Below are positions 1 through 15,692 of a DNA stretch of 64,000 bases, in pieces. The translations under genes and the position numbers were made by a program. The notes below the pieces were generated by a model. That model was given only the letters and a program-made list of their open reading frames with translations. It ran no database searches and was not told the DNA's origin. This stretch comes from the human T2T-CHM13v2.0 reference genome, Homo sapiens, in assembly GCF_009914755.1 (NCBI RefSeq), contig NC_060927.1. One strand, 5' to 3'. How positions within the stretch are numbered: the stretch's first letter is position 1; each line of letters begins with the position of its first letter.

Positions 1-760
1 TTATTGACTCCCTACTATATACTAGATTTTATGTTAGGTGTTGGGATATAATGGTGAGCATCAATACTGTGCTTTCTGCTTTAAGGTGCTTACACTAATA
101 TACAAGAGAAATATTAAACAAATGAGCAAATTAAATCTGTACTTGTGACATGAATTAGTATGGAAAAGTTCCGTGAACTATGAGAATTTGTAACAGGAGG
201 ACCTCTCTTACTCTGGAGGGACTGAGAAGCTTCCCCAGTGAAGCAGTCTTTGACTTGAAATCAGAGCCTCTTGTGTCAGGGCTCAGAGGCAAGAAAGAGT
301 TTGCATTTTCAAGGAACTAACAGGAGGATGATGTGGCTCCAGTGGAAAGAGCTAAGGCAAGAATGATTCAAAATGAGGTAGGGGAGTTAGTCGGAGACCA
401 AACACATGTGACTTTAGGTCATATTAAGGACCAGGATCTTCTGCCAAAGAGTAACAGAAACCACTGTATTACTGGATTTACATATTGGAATATCACTCTG
501 TTGTAGACTGGAGAATGGATCTGAAGGGAAAAGGGTGAATGTGAGAAGACCTTTCAGGGAGCTACTTTTTAATCCAAGTAAGAGAACTGAGGCAGTGACT
601 GTCTAATGGCATAAACTGATGACCTTGAGACATATTTAGTAAATAAAACTGCTAGGACTCTGACTGACTGGGTGGAGGAGACTGCAGGAAATGGGGAAGA
701 GGCGTGTCCAAGCTGACTCCTGGCTTTCTGACTCGTTCAAGTAAGTGGATGTGCATGTGT
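1..760 (-). mobile_element. L2 LINE 3' portion (decayed)
   Basis: Begins TTATTGACTCCCTACTATATACTAG...GGTGTTGGGATATAATGGTGA, the antisense L2 3' end; later L2-like GAGGTAGGG..AGACCA, TGGAGAATGGA and GACTCCTGGCTTTCTGACT. Confidence 0.7.
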
Positions 761-1589
761 TGCTTCTTAAAGAGAGTTCTCTTAGCTCTCCTCTGGATAG
801 AAATTTGAGGGTAAGGTATTCCTCATCTAAAATAAAAAATACAGTGTTAATTTGCCTGTCATTTCTTTCTTGAATCAGAATGTAATTCTTTGGTGTTAAG
901 GGTAGGATGTTATAAAGAAAAAACATTAACCATGAGCTTCTGTCCATCTGTTAAGCTTTACTTACTGAATAATCACTCAGTAAATAAACTGGATGAATCA
1001 CTTAATGATTTTACTGTTTTGAAAGCTAGTGTATGTTTTCTTATAAATTAAATAATCTTTCCGTGACAGACAGTATTATTGCCGTAGTACTGTCATGAGT
1101 ATTATGACAGTCTTTGCAGAGGAAGGAAACAATCAAAACAATCAAAGGAATACAATCAAAGAACAATTTGTCTGACCTTGAAGTTTTGTAAACCAATTAA
1201 GAAACCACAACAATAAAGCTTTTATTTTTCTTTACAATTGGTTTGCACAGATTCATAATTATTCGTAGCTAATCATTAAAAATTACATCTCTTTTAAAAT
1301 TAGTTATTAAATATGTAACTTACTTCCTAATCAAAGTCAAATCACATGAAGACTTCAAATTGCCAGATAATTCAAAATAGTTGGACACTGACAATCATGT
1401 TCATTCATTTATTCATTCATTCATGGGATAATAATTAAGTGTCTAGATACTTAACACAATAGACAACCCTTTAGGGGTTTACAATATAGTGGTGAAGGCA
1501 TAAATGAATAAACACATAAATAAATAAATAATGCATTGTCAGTAGTGATAAGTATTATTATTAAAAACAGACAGGGATAAAAAGCCATA

Positions 1590-1877
1590 GAGCTGGGTGT
1601 GGTGGCTCACACCTGTAATCCCAGCACTTTGGGAGGTGGAGGTGGGCGGATCATGAGGTCAGGAGATCGAGACTATCCTGGCCAATATAGTGAAACCCCA
1701 TCTCTACTAAAAATACAAAAATTAGCTGGGTGTGGTGGCATGTGCCTGTAATCCCAGCTACTCGGGAGGCTGAAGCAGGAGAATCGCTTGAACCCAGTGA
1801 GCCGAGATCGCGCCACTGCACTCCAGCCTGGCAACAGAGTGAGACTCCGTCTCAAAAAAAAAAAAAAAAAAAAAAAA
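1590..1877 (+). mobile_element. AluSc-type SINE with ~17-bp right-arm deletion
   Basis: Dimeric Alu; GGATCATGAGGTC, GAGATCGAGAC and CCTGGCAACAG diagnostics; poly(A); TSD AAAAGCCATAG at 1580 and 1882. Confidence 0.93.
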
Positions 1878-2112
1878 TCACAAAAGCCATAGAGCAACGA
1901 CAAGAGCTGTCTTAGCTCCACCATGAAGAAAGATCTCTCAGTATGGGAATATTTGAGCAGTGCCCCAAGGAAGTGAGGGAGTAATCTGGGAAAATATCTG
2001 GCATAAAGAGCCTTTTAGGCACAGGGAAGCAAGTGCAAAGATTCTGTGGTGGGCATCATGCATCTTCCAGGAACAGCAAGGAAGCCAGTGCTGCTAAGCT
2101 ACAGTGAGAAAG

Positions 2113-2681
2113 GTGCTATAGTTTGGATATGGATTGTCCCCGACAAAACTCATGTTGAAATTTGATTCCTAATGTCGTGGTATTGGGAGGTGGGGCCTAG
2201 TGAGAGGTGTTTAGGTCACAGGGGTAGATCCCTCATGAATGGCTTCATGGTATTCTTACAATAGTTAGTTCTTACTCTGGCAAGACTAGCTTAGTTCTTA
2301 TGAGAATTGATTAGTTGCTTCAAGAGTGGGTTGTTATAAAGCCAGGGCATCCCTTTTGTTTTCTCTCTTCACATGTGTCTGCTTCCCTTTTGACCTTTTC
2401 CACTATGCTGTCACCACAAAAGCCCTCACCAGAAACCAGAACTCTCTCCTTAGACTTCCCAGCCTGCAGAACCATGAGCTAAATAAACCACTTCTCTTTA
2501 AAAATTTTCCAGTCTTGAGGCGGAGGTTGCGGTGAGCTGAGATCGTGCCATTGCACTCCAGCCTGGGCAACAAGAGCGAAACTCCATCTCAAAAAATAAT
2601 AATAATAATAAAATAAAATAATAAAATAAAGTGTCCCAGTCTTAGGTATTCTTTTATAGCAACACAGAACAGACTAAGACA
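2113..2681 (+). mobile_element. MaLR solo LTR (MSTB-like)
   Basis: TGCTATAGTTTGGATATG...CTCATGTTGAAATTTGAT start; AATAAA; ends AGCAACACAGAACAGACTAAGACA. Confidence 0.85.
2517..2630 (+). mobile_element. Heavily 5'-truncated Alu (AluSp/Sq-like 3' end) inside the MSTB LTR
   Basis: GAGGTTGCGGTGAG...GGCAACAAGAGCGAAACTCC with A/(AAT)n tail; degenerate TSD ending CCAGTCTT on both sides. Confidence 0.9.
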
Positions 2682-3257
2682 GAGGGAACAATGGAGGAAA
2701 TGAGATCAAAAAGGTTATGAAAAGTCACATTATAATTCTTAAGGTCATATAAAGATTTGGGTTTTTATTCTAAGTATGATGGGAGGCATTTGGAAGGTTT
2801 TGAGCAGGAGAAAGATTTCAGTTTAGATGCAGCGTATATAAGAAAGAAGATAATCAGCCATGATTCCTAGGTTTTTGGCCTGAGCAATTGGATTCATGGT
2901 GACACTAATTGAGGTGGTGAAAACAAAGGAGGAATGAATTTAGAGAAGAGATCAACATAGTTCGGTTTGGAGCATGTAAAATTAGAAATTGAACATTCAA
3001 GTAGAGGGTAAAACTAAAAAAACTCTTTATTCTAGTATTATGTGTAGTAGCAAAACATTGGGCTTTCCAAATATTCATCAGTAGAGCATGCACTTGTTAA
3101 ATAACCTTCATTATAGCAGCACAGTAAATTATGAGTTTGTAAAGAGAATAAGGTATATCTTCTATAGAGGATCTTTAGTATATGTATTATATATGAAGAA
3201 AAGAAAGGTAGAGAAAAGTAGTATGTATTGTATGTTACCACTTTTAAAGGGTGGACG

Positions 3258-3651
3258 TTGTGGTTTTGGTATGTCTCACAAAGTCTATGTATTGAAAGGT
3301 TAATTCCCAATGCAGCAGTGTCAAGAGCTGGGACTATTAAGAGGTGATTAGGTCCTGAGGGCTCTGCTCTCATGAATGAATTAATGTCATTATTGTGGGA
3401 GTGGGTTAGTTATCACAGAGTGGGTTCCTAATAAATGGATGAGTTTGGCCCCCTTCCTTTCTCATGCACATGTGATCTCTTGCCCTTCTTCCTTCTTCCA
3501 TGGGATGACGCAGTAAGAGGGCCTTCACCAGATGTGGGTCCCTCAACCTTGGACTTCCCAGCCTCCAGAACTGTTAAGAAATAATTTTATTTTCTTTATA
3601 AATCACTCAGTCTATGGTATTCTGTTACAGTAACACAAAACAAACTAAGAC
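3258..3651 (+). mobile_element. MaLR solo LTR (MSTD/MSTC-like)
   Basis: AAGAGGTGATTAGGTCCTGAGGGCTCTGCTCTCATGAATG; GGACTTCCCAGCCTCCAGAACTG; ends AAACTAAGACA. Confidence 0.85.
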
Positions 3652-3679
3652 AGGTGAGGTAAAAATACATCTATGTTTG

Positions 3680-3992
3680 GGCCAGGTGCGGTGTGGCTCA
3701 CGCCTGTAATCCCAGTACTTTGGGAGGCCAAGGCGGGCAGATCATGAGGTCAGGAGTTCAAGACCAGTCTGGCCAACATAGTGAAACCCTGTCTCTACTA
3801 AAAATACAAAAAATTAGCTGGGTGTGGTGGTGTGCACCTGTAATCCCAGCTGTTCAGGAGGCTGAGACAGGAGAATAGCATGAACCCAGGAGGCAGAGGT
3901 TGCAGTTAGCCAAGATCATGCCATTGCACTCCAGCCCAGGCGACAGTGCAAGACTCCATCTCAAAAAAAAAAAAGAAAAAAGAAAAAAAAAG
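3680..3992 (+). mobile_element. AluSg-type SINE
   Basis: GATCATGAGGTCAGGAGTTCAAGACCAG; poly(A); perfect TSD AAATACATCTATGTTTG at 3663 and 3993. Confidence 0.95.
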
Positions 3993-4009
3993 AAATACAT
4001 CTATGTTTG

Positions 4010-7290
<3,281 letters not shown>

Positions 7291-8919
7291 AAATGAAAGA
7301 AAAACAAACAGATCACTTAGCTTAAAAATTTTGTGTTTACTTAGAGCTTATTACTATGCATTAATTTTCAGTCTTTTAATGTAGGACCGAGTGCTTCTCT
7401 TTGAGTAAAGGATTGAAGTTCTGTGTCTATCTTGCATAAATCACTTTATAATTATAAAGATGTCCATTTTCAGTAACTGTAATATGAAATAAAGTCACCT
7501 GCAAAGCAATGAATACAGAATTCTTCTAAATTTATTTTATTTTTCCCTTTAATCTTTTACCTTTATCTCTCCTGCAATTTCCTTTTATTGAATCTTTCCA
7601 AGGCATTCAGGCCTGTTTTTAGAGAACAAGCAACTCTTTCTTCTCACATTTACATTTCATCAGTTTACATATGTAATTAAATATTATAATTAAAACAAGT
7701 ACAACTGATATTAGTAAGTCTGGGGACAAATACAGCAGCTCACTCTTGGCAAGTATACAACTCAACTGGTGGGTAATGAAGAAGTACATGGATTATAAGA
7801 GATTAGCCTACCAGTTGCCAGTTTTTAGTGGCTATAGTATCCAGTTGGGATATTTTACAGTAAAACTGTAGACAGTTGCTTAACCTGGTAGATTGCTTGA
7901 GTAGAAATTAGTTAGAAAAGTTCTACTATAGTGAAATACTCACTAGGCCTATGTTGCAACACGATTCCAAATTGCTCATATACAGTGAAATTCTGCCCAT
8001 AGCTACACGCCCTGGTCAAATTACTTTATGAATATTCTCTTCTGTTTAGATTAGTGCCAAGGCCCTTCCCCCAGTCAAGCTAAATAAAATGGCTTCAGAC
8101 CCCATAGCAGTTACAAATGGGCACATTTAGGTTACTTTTCTTTCCTTTTATTCTGTGACTCACCCCCATCCCCACTAATATGAAGCTGTTCATTTTGAAG
8201 TTATGTTATTTGGGTACTGGACCAGTATCTCCTGGGACTGTGGCATAGAATCATAAATTTCATACTTGTTAATTAGTAGTACTTGTGGACCATTTCTGAG
8301 ACAACTACAATGAAATTCTGAGTCTATTGAAGCAGTATTGAACGGTTTAGCTTTCACTTTCAAAAAAAGAAAGGTTGCCTGCTTCGTGAGCCCTGAGAAT
8401 GCTGTCCTGAGGAAGATGGGGGTCTGTTTCTTGTAAGTGGCATGCCAGACAGCTGGATTAGATTTCTGTCTCTGTTCATTGAACTCGCTGCTCAGCTCTC
8501 CAAGTAAAGGAGGATAAGAAAACTGTTGAGAGGGGCTTTCAGCAGATTTGTAAGCGCCAGCATCTTTCTTCTCTAGAGGATGCTGCACTTAAATGCTACT
8601 CCTCCCTTCGGGGCACCTTTCAGGTTCTGGCTTTTTCCAACGAAGCAAGAAACCCTAATTATTTCACTTTCAATCAATTCTGAAACCTCAAAGACCAAAA
8701 TTGTCTCTTCAGATCCACTCAGATGCCAAAGAGAGGTGTGGAAGAGAAATTGCTGCACATCTACCAGCAGCTGTAGGACTCTAAGCCATCTTTTGCTTTT
8801 ATTTTCTATGCAGCAGTCAAGCATTGTTGCTAACACTCAAATAAGTAAAAATAAAATGTTTCAACAAATACCTTGGAGAATAGGGTCGATTTTTCATTGA
8901 AAACGTCTCTACAGTCATT

Positions 8920-9450
<531 letters not shown>

Positions 9451-9856
9451 CTTCAGACTGTCAGTCTGACTGTTTCTTTTACTAACTTTATCTGAGTTAT
9501 TACCTATTTATACACATATATCAATTTACTTAATAGAGGTTTTTCAGAAAGAAAATACACATAAATGGAATTTTTAATGTTTCCTATGCCCAAAGGAAGT
9601 CTTAGTAAATTATTTTATACAGTAAATATATCGGTATGCATATTTCCTCCATTTCATACATTGACTCTGTTTAAAGCAGAGCACACCGAATATTCTTTCA
9701 CCAGATATTCTTTTTCCCTTAGCTGTAGCATCTTTTCTAGAAGTTGGCTATTTCACTTGTCAAACAAATGTTTACTGAGCACTTGCCACATGGAAGTCCT
9801 GGGTTCCCATATTTATGTGTAGCTGTAACTGTACCTAAATATTGTGGGTAGTTTGC

Positions 9857-10227
9857 TGCTGTGGACTGAATTGTGTCCCTCTGAAATTCATACGTTGAAG
9901 CCCTAACCCCAATGTGACTATATTTGGAGATGGAATGTGTAGGCAGTAATTAAGGTTAAATGAGATCATAAGGGTGGGGCCATAATTCAGTAGGATTGGT
10001 GGCCTTCTAAGAAGAGGAAGAGCGAGAGAGATCTTGCTCTCTGTCTTTCTACATGCACATACCTAGGAAAGAACACGCAGGCACACCCAGGAAAAGAGCC
10101 CTCACCAGCATTTGACTATGCTAGTGTCCTGATCTTAGACTTCCCAGACTCCACTGAACAGAATAAATTTCTGTTGTTTAAACCACCCAGTCTATGGTAT
10201 TAATGGCAGTTCAAGCTGACTAATACA
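9857..10227 (+). mobile_element. MLT1A/A0 solo LTR
   Basis: TG...CA ends; GAATTGTGTCCC..AAATTCATACGTTGAAGCCCTAACCCC; 5-bp TSD TTTGC at 9852 and 10228. Confidence 0.9.
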
Positions 10228-10564
10228 TTTGCCAAATCAAAAAATTTTACAAATAAAATCCTTGTGAATCCTGTAAGAAATAAATCAAGGGCAACAAAAT
10301 TAGAACTATATACAGCTGACTGTAAACTTATTAAATTTGCAATCCTAAATTCTTATTAAATTTGAAAAAATATAAGTCTAATAAAAGACTCAGATAAATT
10401 CATGGATGTCAGATTTATGATGGTATATTAAAGGAAACCAGATTTTCAACCTTGTAAGATAAAATGGGGGAAAACAACAAATGAACCAATGCAATAACTC
10501 ATCTGTTTATTAAACAAGTGCTCAGGACTGCCCTTAGACAATATGTCTCAAGGTATATAGACCA

Positions 10565-10720
10565 AGGCTACCTGTGTCAGAATCATATGGTTGTGCCTGT
10601 TAGATATCCAGTCTCTGGCACCTTGCCACAGTCATACTCAATTTCTTAGAGCTGAAGTCTGGGAATCTTCATTTTAAACAAGTTCTGTAAGTGATCTGTA
10701 AGCACACTAATAACAGAGAT
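10565..10720. mobile_element. MER5-type hAT-Charlie fragment
   Basis: TCAGAATCA...GGGAATCTTCATTTTAAACAAG...GTGAT pattern. Confidence 0.5.
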
Positions 10721-11499
10721 AGCCTACTTTAGGCATTGTAGGCCTGCATAAGAAATATTAGTCTTTGTTCTTGCAGTGAGATGCTTACAGTTAATATGCA
10801 TGAAATAGAAGGTGAATCAAGATGGGATGTGATCAAGTGCTCAACTGTGTGATACAGAGTGTAATGTAGTATTTTTAGAAGAAGACATCAGCAAAGAACA
10901 GAAAATAGCTACTAGAGATCTGTTCACAGCACTCCAAGAGCTTAAAGGGGGAACTAGAACAGTGGACCAGAGGAGCCCGGAGTCAAGGAGGCTCTGAGAG
11001 GCCATCATCTGAAGAATAAAGAGGCTGTTTCTCTTCAGCACTTTTAAGAAAAAGACAATGTCTTTGTTTGTTATTGTTAAAGTTATTATTTCACAAGGAC
11101 ATAGAGCACAGATAAGAGATAGGAGTGAATGAAAATTTTTAAAAGACAGAAAAAAGATGAGAAGTTGGATCTGATGAGACTAGAAGTATGCTAATTTGCC
11201 CTGGGCAACCTCTGGAGGCTCAGCTCTTGGAAGAACCAGGTATTGCAGAAGTTTGGGGAGAAGTATAAGTAGAGATAAAAGGAGAAGGAACATAAGTGGG
11301 TGGACTTTCCAAATCCCCTCATCTCCACCAGGCAACAATCCTATCCTCTTGTCTTTCAGGAACAACTGACTTTCCTCTAGAGGATTTGAACTGGAGGAGG
11401 CTTGAAGTTGAACAATGGAACTCTCAGTACCAACTTCCCTTTACAGTCTGATCTCAGAAATCTGACAGCCAGTTGTATTCCCCCAGACCCTCTACCTTC

Positions 11500-12230
11500 A
11501 CCTGTAAGTCTAAGTGGCAGGAATTTCGCAACTCCAAAAAGTGATGCCGAAAAATATTGGAGCAATGTCTTCAAAATTGTAAGAGTATACACCCAACTAA
11601 ACTGTTGACAAGTAGCATAAAGGGTAGAATAAAGATTTTTCCCTGGCCAGGTGTGGTAGCTCACACCTGTGATCCCAGAACTTTGGGAGACCAAGGCTGG
11701 AAGATTGCTTGAGCCGAGGAGTTTGGGACCAGCCTGGGCAACATAGGAAGATTCTGTCTCCACAAAATTTTAAAAAATTAGCTGAGCGTGGTGGCATGCG
11801 CCTGTGGTCCCAGCTACTCATAGGGTGAGGCGTGAGGATCGCTTTAATCCGGGAAGTCAAAGTTGCAGTGAGCCAGGATGGTGCCACTGCACTCCAGCCT
11901 GGGTGACAGAGTAAGACCTTGTCTAAAAAAAAAAAAAAACGTATTTATCAACTATGGAAGTCCTCAAAACATTTGCCTTCTTAGGAAGCAAGTAGAAGAT
12001 ATACTTTAACCAAAATAAGGGGATAAACCAAGAATCATAAGGACACTGAATTCAGGAAACAGGGATTAGAACACGGGAGACCTGCAAAAGGATATTCAGG
12101 ATGCAACTACACAATCAGGCCTAGAACGCAGCTGACAGAGATCGATCGGGACACGGGGGCTCAGGATGGAGGACTGTAGGTTAAAAAAAAAATGGAACTC
12201 ATGTATCTTCTGAGTTTTTGAATCTTATGT
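11500..12230 (+). mobile_element. HAL1 / L1 ORF1 C-terminal remnant, split by AluJ
   Basis: TGGAGCAATGTCTTCAAAATT...AAGGGTAGAATAAAGATTTTT (ORF1-like W..F K) followed by a non-ORF2 tail resembling 33470-34440. Confidence 0.5.
11645..11939 (+). mobile_element. AluJ SINE
   Basis: GATTGCTTGAGCC..GGAGTTT, CCTGGGCAACATAG and GAGGATCGCTT J-type diagnostics; poly(A). Confidence 0.93.
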
Positions 12231-13009
12231 GCATTCAGAAACCTACAAAGAGTCTGTGAGTAGTCCTCCGACCTTCCATTTCTTTTTACTTTCGTTGGCC
12301 CTGTGTAAAACAAATGTCATTATACTTATCTTTTTCTCTGTTTATGTTTTCATTTTTCATATGAGAAATATAATTTTCTTTTAGGAATTATATAATTAAA
12401 AAATTACAAGCGATTGAAGTAATTAGCACATAGTTTTCATATTACCATCTGAGTTACTTTCCATATGACCTAATTAAAAAATAAAACACAACAAACAAAA
12501 AAAGGCCCTACTAACATTTATATACAAAAAGGTAGGTAATTTCGTTACATTTTATTTACAGATATTTTTGAAATTTACTACATTATTCTTTAGATTGTTC
12601 ACTAACTTAGCTAATTGGAAGGACTGATTTTCCATTTTTGTGGGGAAAAAAACCCAATAACCACCATTTACAGGGAAGAATTTTCACTAGGCAATGTCTT
12701 AAAATAATTTTGAAGTGTATTTATTTACGTCTCAAATATGATTTCTTTCTAAAATGTTCAAAGTCTCATTTCCACAGCTGCAATTAAGTGACTTTTTAGG
12801 ATAATGTTTCATTTGGCTGTATTATGTTAATAATCAGCTAGATGATATATATCTTTTTCATCTTTGTGTACTCATGAATTATTCAGAAGTGTCTCTTGCA
12901 AATGAAGAGTAGAGGAATTCAGTTTCTCTTCCCCAAAAAGGGTCAGACATGCTGTAGTTTAGAAGCAGGTGGGTGGTTCTTTCCTCTCTCTTTTTAAAAG
13001 TCATTTAAA

Positions 13010-13325
13010 ATATATTAAAATGAACAGTAAATTACTTAAATATCCAATAATGAGAAAATGGTCAAGTAAACTATGATACATCTACTTGACAAAATGACAC
13101 AACTATCAGAAACTAATGGTTGGAAAGACAACATAGCTGTATAGAAAAATGTTTGTGTCAAAAAAGTAAGTGGAAAAAAGCAAGATATAAAAATATATGT
13201 ATACTACAATTACTGTTTAAAAATAGTCATAGGAAAAAATCCAGAAGAAAATACAGTAAAATAATAATCATGATCATAAAAGGACTATAGGTGACTTAGT
13301 TTTTCTCTACATTTTTCAATTTTCC
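13010..13325 (+). mobile_element. L1ME 3' fragment
   Basis: AAATATCCAATAATGAGAAAATGGTCAAGTAAACTATGATACATC. Confidence 0.55.
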
Positions 13326-13589
13326 CCTAAAATCCTATAGGGGATTTTAGGATGAGAAGAGACAAAACAAACCAACAAACGCTTATTGAGTGACTAGTGT
13401 TTGCTAGAAGCTGGGCTGTGTACTGAGGATAAAAAGCTGAAAAGATATGCTTAGTGATACATAATACATCAGGTTTTCCCTGGCAATACCAAAATCACTG
13501 GTATATAATTGATGCAAATTAATTACTAGTGTGTAATTAAAATAAATTTCATCTGGATTTTATTAAGATGAAATATAATTAACTTCATT

Positions 13590-13760
13590 AAATGCTTAGT
13601 AGGTGCTTTTCATGTGTCCATCTAATCCACTCAACAATCATATGAGGAAGATAATTCTCTTCTTACCATCAGGAAACTAGGTCTCAGAGAGGCTATGCAA
13701 CTTGTCCAAAGTGGCATAATTAATAAGATATTGAGCCTAGCTTGATTTAGAAGTCTATAT
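13590..13760 (-). mobile_element. MIR SINE
   Basis: GGAAACTAGGTCTCAGAGAGGCTATGCAACTTGTCCAAAG, the antisense MIR core. Confidence 0.7.
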
Positions 13761-14476
13761 TCAATCTTTTAACAACAATTTATTAAGCACTGACTTAATA
13801 AGTTGTTATAGATTAGGAAATTGTTCTAGGTAAGAGATACTGAAATGGACAAAGCAAAGTCTTTGCCTTCGTGGAGCTTACATTCCAGTGCAAGGCGACA
13901 TAATCAAAAAGAAATGTCAAATGATATATTAGAAGCTAAAAAGTGCTACATAGACAAATAAAGCAGAGAAAGGGGACAAGCATGCACGGTAGGAAGGGGG
14001 GATTGCAATTCTAAATAGGGTGATCGGGAAAACCTTGCTAAGAAAGCAGTGTTTCAGTAGAGGCCTAATAGCGGTGAGGAAATGATCTAACTCTGAGAGA
14101 GGTCATTTCCGGCAGAGAGAGCAGTAAGAGTAAAGGCCTTGAGATGGGGGCACACCTAGAGGAAGAGTAAGAACAGCATGGTTAGAGCTGATGGGGCAGT
14201 AGGGAGAGTGGAGCAAAATGAGATAAAGGAAAATAGCAAGGAGTCAGGCACTTTGGGCATTGTAAAGCATTGTAAAGACAGAGGTCACTGGAGGGTTTTA
14301 AGCAGAGGAGTTGCTATAACTGATTTGGTTTTCAATGGATCCTGGCTGCAATGTGCAGAAAATCCTGTAGGGGATTTTCCGTAGGGGATTTTCCACCAAG
14401 ATGGAAGCAGGAGACCCTTTAGGAGACTTAGTAGTGACAGATGATGGTTGATTGTGGCAGAGGTGGAGTAGAGGAC

Positions 14477-15217
14477 TGTCAAAAACTGTGGGGACTTAGC
14501 TGGGTGTGGTAAGTGCCTGTTGTCCCAGCTACTCTGGGAGGCTGAGGCAGGAGGATAGCTTGAGCCTGGGAGGCAGAGGTTGCAGTTAGCTGAGATCGTG
14601 CCACTCCATTCCAGTCTGGGCAACAGAGACAGACCCTATCTTAGAAGAACAACAACAACAACAAAGAAAAAAAGAAAAGAAAAAGAAAAAGAAAAAACGG
14701 TCAGGACCTGAGTTTTACCCCACTACTTGCAAGTTAGCAAGTTAGCCTGGAACAGTTTCATGAATGCTGGTAAAAGACACATGAGACTTCTGGATTACAA
14801 AGGACTTTACTTCTCATGACTTAGCAGTCAGCAGAGCTTCATGATTATCTCTTTCTCCTTGTCTCTCAAGTCTCAATGAGGGGATGCAGAGTGGCCTGGG
14901 TGAATGTTGTGCATACAGTGAGTTTGTGTCACAACAGAGGGGCCCCAAGCTTAGGAAACCCCAATCTTTTATAATGGACTACAAGTAAACTCGCCTAACC
15001 TGTGATCTTTTTTATGAGGTGACATTATCTTTATTATACTGGAGGGCAAACAAACGACCACTTCTCCAGAGGGTAACACTATCAATCACTATCTTCCAAG
15101 GCTATTTGCTATACAGCCTCCTTGAAAAGATAGGTCAGCACAAAATTTATCAGCGCCTCCACTTGAAAGTTGGGTAGAAATAAACATGAAATACCCATGG
15201 AGAATTGTCTTCCAAAA
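14477..15217 (-). mobile_element. ERVL-class solo LTR (family not assigned)
   Basis: TGTCAAAAAC start; CTACTTGCAAGTTAGCAAGTTAGCCTG, AAAGGACTTTAC; 5-bp TSD AGGAC/AGGAT splitting the L2. Confidence 0.6.
14496..14697 (+). mobile_element. Alu right monomer (5'-truncated AluJ/FRAM-like)
   Basis: TTAGCTGGGTGTGGT...GAGGATAGCTTGAGCC...GACCCTATCT with A-rich tail; degenerate TSD AAAAACnGTnnGGAC. Confidence 0.88.
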
Positions 15218-15304
15218 AGGATGTAGTGTGAAGTGACTGAATTCTGGAAGTATTTTGTAGGCAGAACCCAGATCAGAGGTGGGATGTAAGAGAAAGAGAG
15301 TCCA

Positions 15305-15692
15305 AAAAGGAATAACTGAGGCTGGGTAATCTACAAGGAAAAGAGGTTTATTTGGCTCATGGTTCTGCAGACTGTACAAGAAACTTGGTGCCAGCATCTG
15401 CTTCTGGTGAGCGCCTTAGGCTGCTTCCACTCATGGCAGAAGGCAAAGGGGAACCACCACATGGAGAGAGCAGGAAGAGAAGGAGAGAGAGACAGAGAGA
15501 GAGGAGCTTCCTAATAAGCTCATGGGAAAACTAGTAGAGTGAGCACTTACTCATTACCAAGAGGACATCACCATGCTGTTCATGAGGGATCCGCCTCCAT
15601 GACCCAAAAACCTCCCACTAGGCCCTATCTCCAACACTGGGGATCAAATTTCAACTTGAGATTTGGAGGGAACAAATATCCAAACTATATCA
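15305..15692 (-). mobile_element. MSTB solo LTR
   Basis: AAAGAGGTTTATTTGGCTCATGGTTCTGCAG, CAGCATCTGCTTCTGGTGAG; ends ATATCCAAACTATATCA. Confidence 0.88.

Larger units (their letters stand above)
1400..3010 (-). mobile_element. L2 LINE, interrupted by AluSc and an MSTB LTR
   Basis: (TTCA)n terminus at ~1400-1423; L2 motifs resume after each insertion (AAGTGCAAAG..., GGAAGGTTTTGAGCAGG, GATTCCTAGGTTTTTGGCCTGAGCAA). Confidence 0.65.
13765..15300 (-). mobile_element. L2a LINE, interrupted by an ERVL-type LTR
   Basis: TTTATTAAGCAC, GCCTTCGTGGAGCTTACATTCCAGTG, CACTGGAGGGTTTAAGCAGAGG, GGAAGCAGGAGACC; resumes at 15223. Confidence 0.75.

Noticed and set aside
8190-8900. 132, 87 and 106 aa ORFs as CDS
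   Set aside because: Two depend on non-ATG starts; no recognisable domain and no convincing exon chain.
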